Source of the DNA: Eledone cirrhosa
Lineage: Eukaryota
DNA length: 64,000 nt
Direction of reading: 5' to 3'
Assembly: GCA_964016885.1 (NCBI GenBank)
Contig: OZ024741.1
Coordinates: 408,580,001 to 408,644,000 of the forward strand
A program made the position numbers and the translations under genes. This document shows positions 1-17,300 of this stretch, piece by piece (the first letter of the stretch is position 1; each line of letters begins with the position of its first letter). Below the pieces are notes generated by a model that saw nothing but the letters and a program-made list of their open reading frames with translations, made no database searches and was not told the origin of the DNA.

Positions 1-3000
1 TAATCAGATAATACACACATCTAGGACCACATACAACACATAATCAGATAATACACACATCTAGAACCACATACAACACATAATCAGATAATACACACAT
101 CTAGGACGATATACAACACATAATCAGATAATACACACATCTAGGACCACATACAACACATAATCAGATAATACACACATCTAGGACCACATAGAACACA
201 TAATCAGATAATACACACATCTAGGACCACATACAACACATAATCAGATAATACACACATCTAGGACCACATACAACACATAATCAGATAATACACACAT
301 CTAGGACCACATTTAACACATAATCAGATAATACACGCATCTAGGACCACATTTAACACATAATCAGATAATACACACATCTAGGACCACATACAACAGA
401 TAATCAGATAATACACACATCTAGGACCACATACAACACATAATCAGATAATACACACATCTAGAACCACATACAACACATAATCAGATAATACACACAT
501 CTAGGACGATATACAACACATAATCAGATAATACACACATCTAGGACCACATATAACACATAATCAGATAATACACACATCTAGGACTACATACAACACA
601 TAATCAGATAATACACACATCTAGGACCACATACAACACATAATCAGATAATACACACATCTAGGACCACATACAACACACAATCAGATAATACACACAT
701 CTAGAACGACATACAACACATAATCAGATAATACACACATCTAGGACCACATACAACACATAATCAGATAATACACACACATCTAGGACCACATACAACA
801 CATAATCAGATAATACACACATCTAGGACCACATACAACACATAATCAGATAATACACACATCTAGGACCACATACAACACATAATCAGATAATACACAC
901 ATCTAGGACCACATACAACACATAATCAGATAATACACACATCTAGGACGATATACAACACATAATCAGATAATACACACATCTAGGGCCACATACAACA
1001 CATAATCAGATAATACACACATCTAGGTCCACATACAACACATAATCAGATAATACACACATCTAGGACCACATACAACACATAATCAGATAATACACAC
1101 ATCTAGGACCACATACAACACATAATCAGATAATACACACATCTAGAACCACATACAACACATAATCAGATAATACACACATCTAGGACGATATACAACA
1201 CATAATCAGATAATACACACATCTAGGGCCACATACAACACATAATCACATAATACACACATCTAGGACCACATACAACACATAATCAGATAATACACAC
1301 ATCTAGGACCACATATAACACATAATCAGATAATACACACATCTAGGACCACATTTAACATATAATCAGATAATACACACATCTAGGACCACATATAACA
1401 CATAATCAGATAATACACACATCTAGGACCACATTTAACACATAATCAGATAATACACACATCTAGGAACACATATAACACATAATCAGATAATACACAC
1501 ATCTAGGACCACATTTAACACTTAATCAGATAATACACACATCTAGGTCCACATATAACACATAATCAGATAATACACACATCTAGGACCACATACAACA
1601 CATAATCAGATAATACACACATCTAGGACCACATTTAACACATAATCAGATAATACACACATCTAGGACCACATATAACACATAATCAGATAATACACAC
1701 ATCTAGGACCACATACAACACATAATCAGATAATACACACATCTAGAACCACATACAACACATAATCAGATAATACACACATGTAGGACGATATACAACA
1801 CATATTCAGATAATACACACATCTAGGACCACATACAACACATAATCAGATAATACACACATCTAGGACCACATACAACACATAATCAGATAATACACAC
1901 ATCTAGGACCACATACAACACATAATCAGATAATACACACATCTAGGACGATATACAACACATAATCAGATAATACACACATCTAGGGCCACATACAACA
2001 CATAATCAGATAATACACACATCTAGGGCCACATACAACACATAATCAGATAATACACACATCTAGGGCCACATACAACACATAATCAGATAATACACAC
2101 ATCTAGGGCCACATACAACACATAATCAGATAATACACACATCTAGGACCACATACAACACATAATCAGATAATACACACATCTAGAACCACATACAACA
2201 CATAATCAGATAATACACACATCTAGGACGATATACAACACATAATCAGATAATACACACATCTAGGGCCACATACAACATATAATCAGATAATACACAC
2301 ATCTAGGGCCACATACAACACATAATCAGATAATACACACATCTATGACAACATACAACACATAATCAGATAATACACACATCTAGGAACACATACAACA
2401 CATAATCAGATAATACACACATCTAGAACCACATACAACACATAATCAGATAATACACACATCTAGAACGACATACAACACATAATCAGATAATACACAC
2501 ATCTAGGACCACATACAACACATAATCAGATAATACACACATCTAGAACCACATACAACACATAATCAGATAATACACACATCTAGGACGATATACAACA
2601 CATAATCAGATAATACACACATCTAGGACCACATACAACACATAATCAGATAATACACACATCTAGGACCACATAGAACACATAATCAGATAATACACAC
2701 ATCTAGGACCACATACAACACATAATCAGATAATACACACATCTAGGACCACATACAACACATAATCAGATAATACACACATCTAGGACCACATTTAACA
2801 CATAATCAGATAATACACGCATCTAGGACCACATTTAACACATAATCAGATAATACACACATCTAGGACCACATACAACACATAATCAGATAATACACAC
2901 ATCTAGGACCACATACAACACATAATCAGATAATACACACATCTAGAACCACATACAACACATAATCAGATAATACACACATCTAGGACGATATACAACA

Positions 3001-4560
3001 CATAATCAGATAATACACACATCTAGGACCACATATAACACATAATCAGATAATACACACATCTAGGACTACATACAACACATAATCAGATAATACACAC
3101 ATCTAGGACCACATACAACACATAATCAGATAATACACACATCTAGGACCACATACAACACACAATCAGATAATACACACATCTAGAACGACATACAACA
3201 CATAATCAGATAATACACACATCTAGGACCACATACAACACATAATCAGATAATACACACACATCTAGGACCACATACAACACATAATCAGATAATACAC
3301 ACATCTAGGACCACATACAACACATAATCAGATAATACACACATCTAGGACCACATACAACACATAATCAGATAATACACACATCTAGGACCACATACAA
3401 CACATAATCAGATAATACACACATCTAGGACGATATACAACACATAATCAGATAATACACACATCTAGGGCCACATACAACACATAATCAGATAATACAC
3501 ACATCTAGGGCCACATACAACACATAATCAGATAATACACACATCTAGGACCACATACAACACATAATCAGATAATACACACATCTAGGACCACATACAA
3601 CACATAATCAGATAATACACACATCTAGAACCACATACAACACATAATCAGATAATACACACATCTAGGACGATATACAACACATAATCAGATAATACAC
3701 ACATCTAGGGCCACATACAACACATAATCAGATAATACACACATCTAGGACCACATACAACACATAATCACATAATACACACATCTAGGACCACATACAA
3801 CACATAATCAGATAATACACACATCTAGGATCACATATAACACATAATCAGATAATACACACATCTAGGACCACATTTAACACATAATCAGATAATACAC
3901 ACATCTAGGACCACATATAACACATAATCAGATAATACACACATCTAGGACCACATTTAACACATAATCAGATAATACACACATCTAGGACCACATATAA
4001 CACATAATCAGATAATACACACATCTAGGACCACATTTAACACTTAATCAGATAATACACACATCTAGGTCCACATATAACACATAATCAGATAATACAC
4101 ACATCTAGGACCACATACAACACATAATCAGATAATACACACATCTAGGACCACATTTAACACATAATCAGATAATACACACATCTAGGACCACATATAA
4201 CACATAATCAGATAATACACACATCTAGGACCACATACAACACATAATCAGATAATACACACATCTAGAACCACATACAACACATAATCAGATAATACAC
4301 ACATGTAGGACGATATACAACACATAATCAGATAATACACACATCTAGGACCACATACAACACATAATCAGATAATACACACATCTAGGACCACATACAA
4401 CACATAATTAGATAATACACACATCTAGGACCACATACAACACATAATCAGATAATACACACATCTAGGACGATATACAACACATAATCAGATAATACAC
4501 ACATCTAGGGCCACATACAACACATAATCAGATAATACACACATCTAGGGCCACATACAA
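1..4560 (+). repeat. Higher-order block duplication, offset 2482 bp (62 monomers + 2 bp); boundaries approximate
   Basis: Rare variants recur at a fixed offset: ATAGAAC (G at 194 and 2676), ACACGC (G at 337 and 2819), and the +CA monomer (~779 and ~3261). Confidence 0.85.
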
Positions 4561-7500
4561 CACATAATCAGATAATACACACATCTAGGGCCACATACAA
4601 CACATAATCAGATAATACACACATCTAGGACCACATACAACACATAATCAGATAATACACACATCTAGGACCACATACAACACATAATCAGATAATACAC
4701 ACATCTAGAACCACATACAACACATAATCAGATAATACACACATCTAGGACGATATACAACACATAATCAGATAATACACACATCTAGGGCCACATACAA
4801 CACATAATCAGATAATACACACATCTAGGGCCACATACAACACATAATCAGATAATACACACATCTAGGACCACATACAACACATAATCAGATAATACAC
4901 ACATCTAGGACCACATACAACACATAATCAGATAATACACACATCTAGAACCACATACAACACATAATCAGATAATACACACATGTAGGACGATATACAA
5001 CACATAATCAGATAATACACACATCTAGGGCCACATACAACACATAATCAGATAATACACACATCTAGGACCACATACAACACATAATCACATAATACAC
5101 ACATCTAGGACCACATACAACACATAATCAGATAATACACACATCTAGGACCACATATAACACATAATCAGATAATACACACATCTAGGACCACATTTAA
5201 CACATAATCAGATAATACACACATCTAGGACCACATATAACACATAATCAGATAATACACACATCTAGGACCACATTTAACACATAATCAGATAATACAC
5301 ACATCTAGGACCACATATAACACATAATCAGATAATACACACATCTAAGACCACAATTAACACTTAATCAGATAATACACACATCTAGGTCCACATATAA
5401 CACATAATCAGATAATACACACATCTAGGACCACATACAACACATAATCAGATAATACACACATCTAGGACCACATTTAACACATAATCAGATAATACAC
5501 ACATCTAGGACCACATATAACACATAATCAGATAATACACACATCTAGGACCACATACAACACATAATCAGATAATACACACATCTAGAACCACATACAA
5601 CACATAATCAGATAATACACACATGTAGGACGATATACAACACATAATCAGATAATACACACATCTAGGACCACATAAAACACATAATCAGATAATACAC
5701 ACATCTAGGACCACATACAACACATAATCAGATAATACACACATCTAGGACCACATACAACACATAATCAGATAATACACACATCTAGGACGATATACAA
5801 CACATAATCAGATAATACACACATCTAGGGCCACATACAACACATAATCAGATAATACACACATCTAGGGCCACATACAACACATAATCAGATAATACAC
5901 AGATCTAGGACCACATACAACACATAATCAGATAATACACACATCTAGGACCACATACAACACATAATCAGATAATACACACATCTAGAACCACATACAA
6001 CACATAATCAGATAATACACACATCTAGGACGATATACAACACATAATCAGATAATACACACATCTAGGGCCACATACAACACATAATCAGATAATACAC
6101 ACATCTAGGACCACATACAACACATAATCACATAATACACACATCTAGGACCACATACAACACATAATCAGATAATACACACATCTAGGACCACCTATAA
6201 CACATAATCAGATAATACACACATCTAGGACCACATTTAACACATAATCAGATAATACACACATCTAGGACCACATATAACACATAATCAGATAATACAC
6301 ACATCTAGGACCACATTTAACACATAATCGGATAATACACACATCTAGGACCACATATAACACATAATCAGATAATACACACATCTAGGACCACATTTAA
6401 CACATAATCAGATAATACACACATCTAGGTCCACATATAACACATAATCAGATAATACACACATCTAGGACCACATACAACACATAATCAGATAATACAC
6501 ACATCTAGGACCACATTTAACACATAATCAGATAATACACACATCTAGGACCACATATAACACATAATCAGATAATACACACATCTAGGACCACATACAA
6601 CACATAATCAGATAATACACACATCTAGAACCACATACAACACATAATCAGATAATACACACATGTAGGACGATATACAACACATAATCAGATAATACAC
6701 ACATCTAGGACCACATACAACACATAATCAGATAATACACACATCTAGGACCACATACAACACATAATCAGATAATACACACATCTAGCACCACATACAA
6801 CACATAATCAGATAATACACACATCTAGGACCACATATAACACATAATCAGATAATACACACATCTAGGACCACATACAACACATAATCAGATAATACAA
6901 ACATCTAGCACCACATACAACACATAATCAGATAATACACACATCTAGGACCACATATAACACATAATCAGATAATACACACATCTAGGACCACATACAA
7001 CACATAATCAGATAATACACACATCTAGGACCACATACAACACATAATCAGATAATACACACATCTAGGACCACATTTAACACATAATCAGATAATACAC
7101 ACATCTAGGACCACATTTAACACATAATCAGATAATACACACATCTAGGACCACATACAACACATAATCAGATAATACACACATCTAGGACCACATACAA
7201 CACATAATCAGATAATACACACATCTAGAACCACATACAACACATAATCAGATAATACACACATCTAGGACGATATACAACACATAATCAGATAATACAC
7301 ACATCTAGGACCACATATAACACATAATCAGATAATACACACATCTAGGACTACATACAACACATAATCAGATAATACACACATCTAGGACCACATACAA
7401 CACATAATCAGGTAATACACACATCTAGGACCACATACAACACACAATCAGATAATACACACATCTAGAACGACATACAACACATAATCAGATAATACAC

Positions 7501-10500
7501 ACATCTAGGACCACATACAACACATAATCAGATAATACACACACATCTTGGACCACATACAACACATAATCAGATAATACACACATCTAGGACCACATAC
7601 AACACATAATCAGATAATACACACATCTAGAACCACATACAACACATAATCATATAATACACACATCTAGGACGATATACAACACATAATCAGATAATAC
7701 ACACATCTAGGGCCACATACAACACATAATCAGATAATACACACATCTAGGACCACATACAACACATAATCACATAATACACACATCTAGGACCACATAC
7801 AACACATAATCAGATAATACACACATCTAGAACGACATACAACACATAATCAGATAATACACACATCTTGAACCACATACAACACATAATCAGATAATAC
7901 ACACATCTGGGACCACATACAACACATAATCAGATAATACACACATCTAGGACCACATACAACACATAATCAGATAATACACACATCTAGGGCCACATAC
8001 ATCACATAATCAGATAATACCCACATCTAGGACCACATACAACACATAATCAGATAATACACACATCTAAGACCACATACAAAACATAATCAGATAATAC
8101 AAACATCTAGAAACACATACAACACATAATCAGATAATACACACATCTAGGACCACATTTAACACATAATCAGATAATACACACATCTAGAACCACATAT
8201 ACACATAATCAGATAATACACACATCTAGGACCACATACAACACATAATCAGATAATACACACATCTAGAACCACATACAACACATAATCAGATAATACA
8301 CACATCTAGGACCACATATAACACATAATCAGATAATACACACATCTAGGACCACATTTAACACTTAATCAGATAATACACACATCTAGGTCCACATATA
8401 ACACATAATCAGATAATACACACATCTAGGACCACATACAACACATAATCAGATAATACACACATCTAGGACCACATTTAACACATAATCAGATAATACA
8501 CACATCTAGGACCACATATAACACATAATCAGATAATACACACATCTAGGACCACATACAACACATAATCAGATAATACACACATCTAGAACCACATACA
8601 ACACATAATCAGATAATACACACATGTAGGACGATATACAACACATAATCAGATAATACACACATCTAGGACCACATACAACACATAATCAGATAATACA
8701 CACATCTAGGACCACATACAACACATAATTAGATAATACACACATCTAGGACCACATACAACACATAATCAGATAATACACACATCTAGGACGATATACA
8801 ACACATAATCAGATAATACACACATCTAGGGCCACATACAACACATAATCAGATAATACACACATCTAGGGCCACATACAACACATAATCAGATAATACA
8901 CACATCTAGGGCCACATACAACACATAATCAGATAATACACACATCTAGGACCACATACAACACATAATCAGATAATACACACATCTAGGACCACATACA
9001 ACACATAATCAGATAATACACACATCTAGAACCACATACAACACATAATCAGATAATACACACATCTAGGACGATATACAACACATAATCAGATAATACA
9101 CACATCTAGGGCCACATACAACACATAATCAGATAATACACACATCTAGGGCCACATACAACACATAATCAGATAATACACACATCTAGGACCACATACA
9201 ACACATAATCAGATAATACACACATCTAGGACCACATACAACACATAATCAGATAATACACACATCTAGAACCACATACAACACATAATCAGATAATACA
9301 CACATGTAGGACGATATACAACACATAATCAGATAATACACACATCTAGGGCCACATACAACACATAATCAGATAATACACACATCTAGGACCACATACA
9401 ACACATAATCACATAATACACACATCTAGGACCACATACAACACATAATCAGATAATACACACATCTAGGACCACATATAACACATAATCAGATAATACA
9501 CACATCTAGGACCACATTTAACACATAGTCAGATAATACACACATCTAGGACCACATATAACACATAATCAGATAATACACACATCTAGGACCACATTTA
9601 ACACATAATCAGATAATACACACATCTAGGACCACATATAACACATAATCAGATAATACACACATCTAAGACCACAATTAACACTTAATCAGATAATACA
9701 CACATCTAGGTCCACATATAACACATAATCAGATAATACACACATCTAGGACCACATACAACACATAATCAGATAATACACACATCTAGGACCACATTTA
9801 ACACATAATCAGATAATAGACACATCTAGGACCACATATAACACATAATCAGATAATACACACATCTAGGACCACATACAACACATAATCAGATAATACA
9901 CACATCTAGAACCACATACAACACATAATCAGATAATACACACATGTAGGACGATATACAACACATAATCAGATAATACACACATCTAGGACCACATACA
10001 ACACATAATCAGATAATACACACATCTAGGACCACATACAACACATAATCAGATAATACACACATCTAGGACCACATACAACACATAATCAGATAATACA
10101 CACATCTAGGACGATATACAACACATAATCAGATAATACACACATCTAGGGCCACATACAACACATAATCAGATAATACACACATCTAGGGCCACATACA
10201 ACACATAATCAGATAATACACAGATCTAGGACCACATACAACACATAATCAGATAATACACACATCTAGGACCACATACAACACATAATCAGATAATACA
10301 CACATCTAGAACCACATACAACACATAATCAGATAATACACACATCTAGGACGATATACAACACATAATCAGATAATACACACATCTAGGGCCACATACA
10401 ACACATAATCAGATAATACACACATCTAGGACCACATACAACACATAATCACATAATACACACATCTAGGACCACATACAACACATAATCAGATAATACA

Positions 10501-12610
10501 CACATCTAGGACCACCTATAACACATAATCAGATAATACACACATCTAGGACCACATTTAACACATAATCAGATAATACACACATCTAGGACCACATATA
10601 ACACATAATCAGATAATACACACATCTAGGACCACATTTAACACATAATCGGATAATACACACATCTAGGACCACATATAACACATAATCAGATAATACA
10701 CACATCTAGGACCACATTTAACACATAATCAGATAATACACACATCTAGGTCCACATATAACACATAATCAGATAATACACACATCTAGGACCACATACA
10801 ACACATAATCAGATAATACACACATCTAGGACCACATTTAACACATAATCAGATAATACACACATCTAGGACCACATATAACACATAATCAGATAATACA
10901 CACATCTAGGACCACATACAACACATAATCAGATAATACACACATCTAGAACCACATACAACACATAATCAGATAATACACACATGTAGGACGATATACA
11001 ACACATAATCAGATAATACACACATCTAGGACCACATACAACACATAATCAGATAATACACACATCTAGGACCACATACAACACATAATCAGATAATACA
11101 CACATCTAGCACCACATACAACACATAATCAGATAATACACACATCTAGGACCACATATAACACATAATCAGATAATACACACATCTAGGACCACATACA
11201 ACACATAATCAGATAATACAAACATCTAGCACCACATACAACACATAATCAGATAATACACACATCTAGGACCACATATAACACATAATCAGATAATACA
11301 CACATCTAGGACCACATACAACACATAATCAGATAATACACACATCTAGGACCACATACAACACATAATCAGATAATACACACATCTAGGACCACATTTA
11401 ACACATAATCAGATAATACACACATCTAGGACCACATTTAACACATAATCAGATAATACACACATCTAGGACCACATACAACACATAATCAGATAATACA
11501 CACATCTAGGACCACATACAACACATAATCAGATAATACACACATCTAGAACCACATACAACACATAATCAGATAATACACACATCTAGGACGATATACA
11601 ACACATAATCAGATAATACACACATCTAGGACCACATATAACACATAATCAGATAATACACACATCTAGGACTACATACAACACATAATCAGATAATACA
11701 CACATCTAGGACCACATACAACACATAATCAGGTAACCACACATCTAGGACCACATACAACACACAATCAGATAATACACACATCTAGAACGACATACAA
11801 CACATAATCAGATAATACACACATCTAGGACCACATACAACACATAATCAGATAATACACACACATCTTGGACCACATACAACACATAATCAGATAATAC
11901 ACACATCTAGGACCACATACAACACATAATCAGATAATACACACATCTAGAACCACATACAACACATAATCATATAATACACACATCTAGGACGATATAC
12001 AACACATAATCAGATAATACACACATCTAGGGCCACATACAACACATAATCAGATAATACACACATCTAGGATCACATACAACACATAATCACATAATAC
12101 ACACATCTAGGACCACATACAACACATAATCAGATAATACACACATCTAGAACCACATACAACACATAATCAGATAATACACACATCTTGAACCACATAC
12201 AACACATAATCAGATAATACACACATCTGGGACCACATACAACACATAATCAGATAATACACACATCTAGGACCACATACAACACATAATCAGATAATAC
12301 ACACATCTAGGGCCACATACATCACATAATCAGATAATACCCACATCTAGGACCACATACAACACATAATCAGATAATACACACATCTAAGACCACATAC
12401 AAAACATAATCAGATAATACAAACATCTAGAAACACATACAACACATAATCAGATAATACACACATCTAGGACCACATTTAACACATAATCAGATAATAC
12501 ACACATCTAGAACCACATATACACATAATCAGATAATACACACATCTAGGACCACATACAACACATAATCAGATAATACACACATCTAGAACCACATACA
12601 ACACATAATC
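3960..12610 (+). repeat. Tandem duplication of a ~4.32-kb block (108 monomers); boundaries approximate
   Basis: Markers at offset 4321/4320: CATAATTAG (~4402/~8723), ACATCTAAGACCACAATT (5341/9662), AGATCT (5901/10222), ACACATCTTG (7541/11861), and TACCCAC (~8018/12338). Confidence 0.9.
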
Positions 12611-14300
12611 AGATAATACACACATCTAGGACGATATACAACACATAATCAGATAATACACACATCTAGGACCACATATAACACATAATCAGATAATACA
12701 CACATCTAGGACTACATACAACACATTATCAGATAATACACACATCTAGGACCACATACAACACATAATCAGATAATACACACATCTAGGACCACATACA
12801 ACACATAATCAGATAATACACACATCTAGAACCACATACAACACATAATCAGATAATACACACATCTAGGACCACATACAACACATAATCAGATAATACA
12901 CACACATCTAGGACCACATACAACACATAATCAGATAATACACACATCTAGGACGATATACAACACATAATCAGATAATACACACATCTAGGACCACATA
13001 TAACACATAATCAGATAATACACACATCTAGGACTACATACAACACATAATCAGATAATACACACATCTAGGACCACATACAACACATAATCAGGTAATA
13101 CACACATCTAGGACCACATACAACACACAATCAGATAATACACACATCTAGAACGACATACAACACATAATCAGATAATACACACATCTAGGACCACATA
13201 CAACACATAATCAGATAATACACACACATCTTGGACCACATACAACACATAATCAGATAATACACACATCTAGGACCACATACAACACATAATCAGATAA
13301 TACACACATCTAGAACCACATACAACACATAATCATATAATACACACATCTAGGACGATATACAACACATAATCAGATAATACACACATCTAGGGCCACA
13401 TACAACACATAATCAGATAATACACACATCTAGGACCACATACAACACATAATCACATAATACACACATCTAGGACCACATACAACACATAATCAGATAA
13501 TACACACATCTAGAACCACATACAACACATAATCAGATAATACACACATCTTGAACCACATACAACACATAATCAGATAATACACACATCTGGGACCACA
13601 TACAACACATAATCAGATAATACACACATCTAGGACCACATACAACACATAATCAGATAATACACACATCTAGGGCCACATACATCACATAATCAGATAA
13701 TACCCACATCTAGGACCACATACAACACATAATCAGATAATACACACATCTAAGACCACATACAAAACATAATCAGATAATACAAACATCTAGAAACACA
13801 TACAACACATAATCAGATAATACACACATCTAGGACCACATTTAACACATAATCAGATAATACACACATCTAGAACCACATATACACATAATCAGATAAT
13901 ACACACATCTAGGACCACATACAACACATAATCAGATAATACACACATCTAGAACCACATACAACACATAATCAGATAATACACACATCTAGGACGATAT
14001 ACAACACATAATCAGATAATACACACATCTAGGACCACATATAACACATAATCAGATAATACACACATCTAGGACTACATACAACACATTATCAGATAAT
14101 ACACACATCTAGGACCACATACAACACATAATCAGATAATACACACATCTAGGACCACATACAACACATAATCAGATAATACACACATCTAGAACCACAT
14201 ACAACACATAATCAGATAATACACACATCTAGGACCACATACAACACATAATCAGATAATACACACACATCTAGGACCACATACAACACATAATCAGATA
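11580..14300 (+). repeat. Tandem duplication of a ~1.36-kb block (34 monomers); boundaries approximate
   Basis: The TTGG variant occurs at 11868 and 13231, and TACCC at 12338 and 13701 (offset 1363). The ordered CTGGG, CATCAC, TAAGAC, CAAAAC and GAAAC variants are shared. Confidence 0.85.
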
Positions 14301-17300
14301 ATACACACATCTAGGACGATATACAACACATAATCAGATAATACACACATCTAGGGCCACATACAACACATAATCAGATAATACACACATCTAGGGCCAC
14401 ATACAACACATAATCAGATAATACACACATCTAGGACAACATACAACACATAATCAGATAATACACACATCTAGGACCACATACAACACATAATCAGATA
14501 ATACACACATCTAGAACCACATACAACACATAATCAGATAATACTCACATCTAGGACGATATACAACACATAATCAGATAATACACACATCTAGGGCCAC
14601 ATACAACACATAATCAGATAATACACACATCTAGGGCCACATACAACACATAATCAGATAATACACACATCTAGGACCACATACAACACATAATCAGATA
14701 ATACACACATCTAGGACCACATACAACACATAATCAGATAATACACACATCTAGAACCACATACAACACATAATCAGATAATACACACATCCTGAACCAC
14801 ATACAACACATAATCAGATAATACACACATCTAGGACCACATACAACACATAATCAGATAATACACACATCTAGGGCCACATACAACACATAATCAGATA
14901 ATACACACATCTAGGACCACATACAACACATAATCAGATAATACACACTTCTAGAACCACATACAACACATAATCAGATAATACACACATCTAGAACCAC
15001 ATACAACACATAATCAGATAATACACACATCTAGGACCACATTTAACACATAATCAGATAATACACACATCTAGAACCACATATAACACATAATCAGATA
15101 ATACACATATCTAGGACCACATACAACACATAATCAGATAATACACACATCTAGGACCACATATAACACATAATCCGATAATACACACATCTAGGCCCAC
15201 ATTTAACACATAATCAGATAATACACACATCTAGGACCACATATAACACATAATCAGATAATACACACATCTAGGACCACATATAACACATAATCAGATA
15301 ATACACACATCTAGGACCACATTTAACACATAATCAGATAATACACACATCTAGGACCACATATAACACATAATCAGATAATACACACATCTAGGACCAC
15401 ATTTAACACATAATCAGATAATACACACATCTAGGACCACATATAACACATAATCAGATAATACACACATCTAGGACCACATATAACACATAATCAGACA
15501 ATACAAACATCTAGAACCACATACCACACATAATCAGATAATACACACATCTAGGACCACATACAACACATAATCAGATAATACACACATCTAGGACCAC
15601 ATACAACACATATTCAGATAATACACACATCTAGGACCACATACAACACATAATCAGATAATACACACATCTAGGACCACATACAACACATAATCAGATA
15701 ATACACACATCTAGGACGATATACAACACATAATCAGATAATACACACATCTAGGGCCACATACAACACATAATCAGATAATACACACATCTAGGACCAC
15801 ATACAACACATAATCAGATAATACACACATCTAGGACCACATACAACACATAATCAGATAATACACACATCTAGGACCACATACAACACATAATAAGATA
15901 ATACACACATCAAGAACCACATACAACACATAATCAGATAATACACACATCTAGGACGATATACAACACATAATCAGATAATACACACATCTAGGGCCAC
16001 ATACAACACATAATCAGATAATACACACATCTAGGACCACATACAACACATAATCACATAATACACACATCTAGGACCACATACAACACATAATCAGATA
16101 ATACACACATCTAGGACCACCTATAACACATAATCAGATAATACACACATCTAGGACCACATTTAACACATAATCAGATAATACACACATCTAGGACCAC
16201 ATATAACACATAATCAGATAATACACACATCTAGGACCACATTTAACACATAATCAGATAATACACACATCTAGGACCACATATAACACATAATCAGATA
16301 ATACACACATCTAGGACCACATTTAACACATAATCAGATAATACACACATCTAGGTCCACATATAACACATAATCAGATAATACACACATCTAGGACCAC
16401 ATACAACACATAATCAGATAATACACACATCTAGGACCACATTTAACACATAATCAGATAATACACACATCTAGGACCACATATAACACATAATCAGATA
16501 ATACACACATCTAGGACCACATACAACACATAATCAGATAATACACACATCTAGAACCACATACAACACATAATCAGATAATACACACATGCAGGACGAT
16601 ATACAACACATAATCAGATAATACACACATCTAGGACCACATACAACACATAATCAGATAATACACACATCTAGGACCACATACAACACATAATCAGATA
16701 ATACACACATCTAGCACCACATACAACACATAATCAGATAATACACACATCTAGGACCACATATAACACATAATCAGATAATACACACATCTAGGACCAC
16801 ATACAACACATAATCAGATAATACACACATCTAGGACCACATACAACACATAATCAGATAATACACACATCTAGGACGATATACAACACATAATCAGATA
16901 ATACACACATCTAGGGCCACATACAACACATAATCAGATAATACACACATCTAGGACCACATACAACACATAATCACATAATACACACATCTAGGACCAC
17001 ATACAACACATAATCAGATAATACAAACATCTAGGACCACATATAACACATAATCAGATAATACACACATCTAGGACCACATTTAACACATAATCAGATA
17101 ATACACACATCTAGGACCACATATAACACATAATCAGATAATACACACATCTAGGACCACATACAACACATAATCAGATAATACACACATCTAGAACCAC
17201 ATACAACACATAATCAGATAATACACACATCTAGGACGATATACAACACATAATCAGATAATACACACATCTAGGACCACATACAACACATAATCAGATA

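Noticed and set aside
6-22. AGAT...ATCT inverted repeat and CTAG palindrome in each monomer as a structured RNA or cruciform
   Set aside because: A 4-bp AT-rich stem is too weak and is expected by chance.
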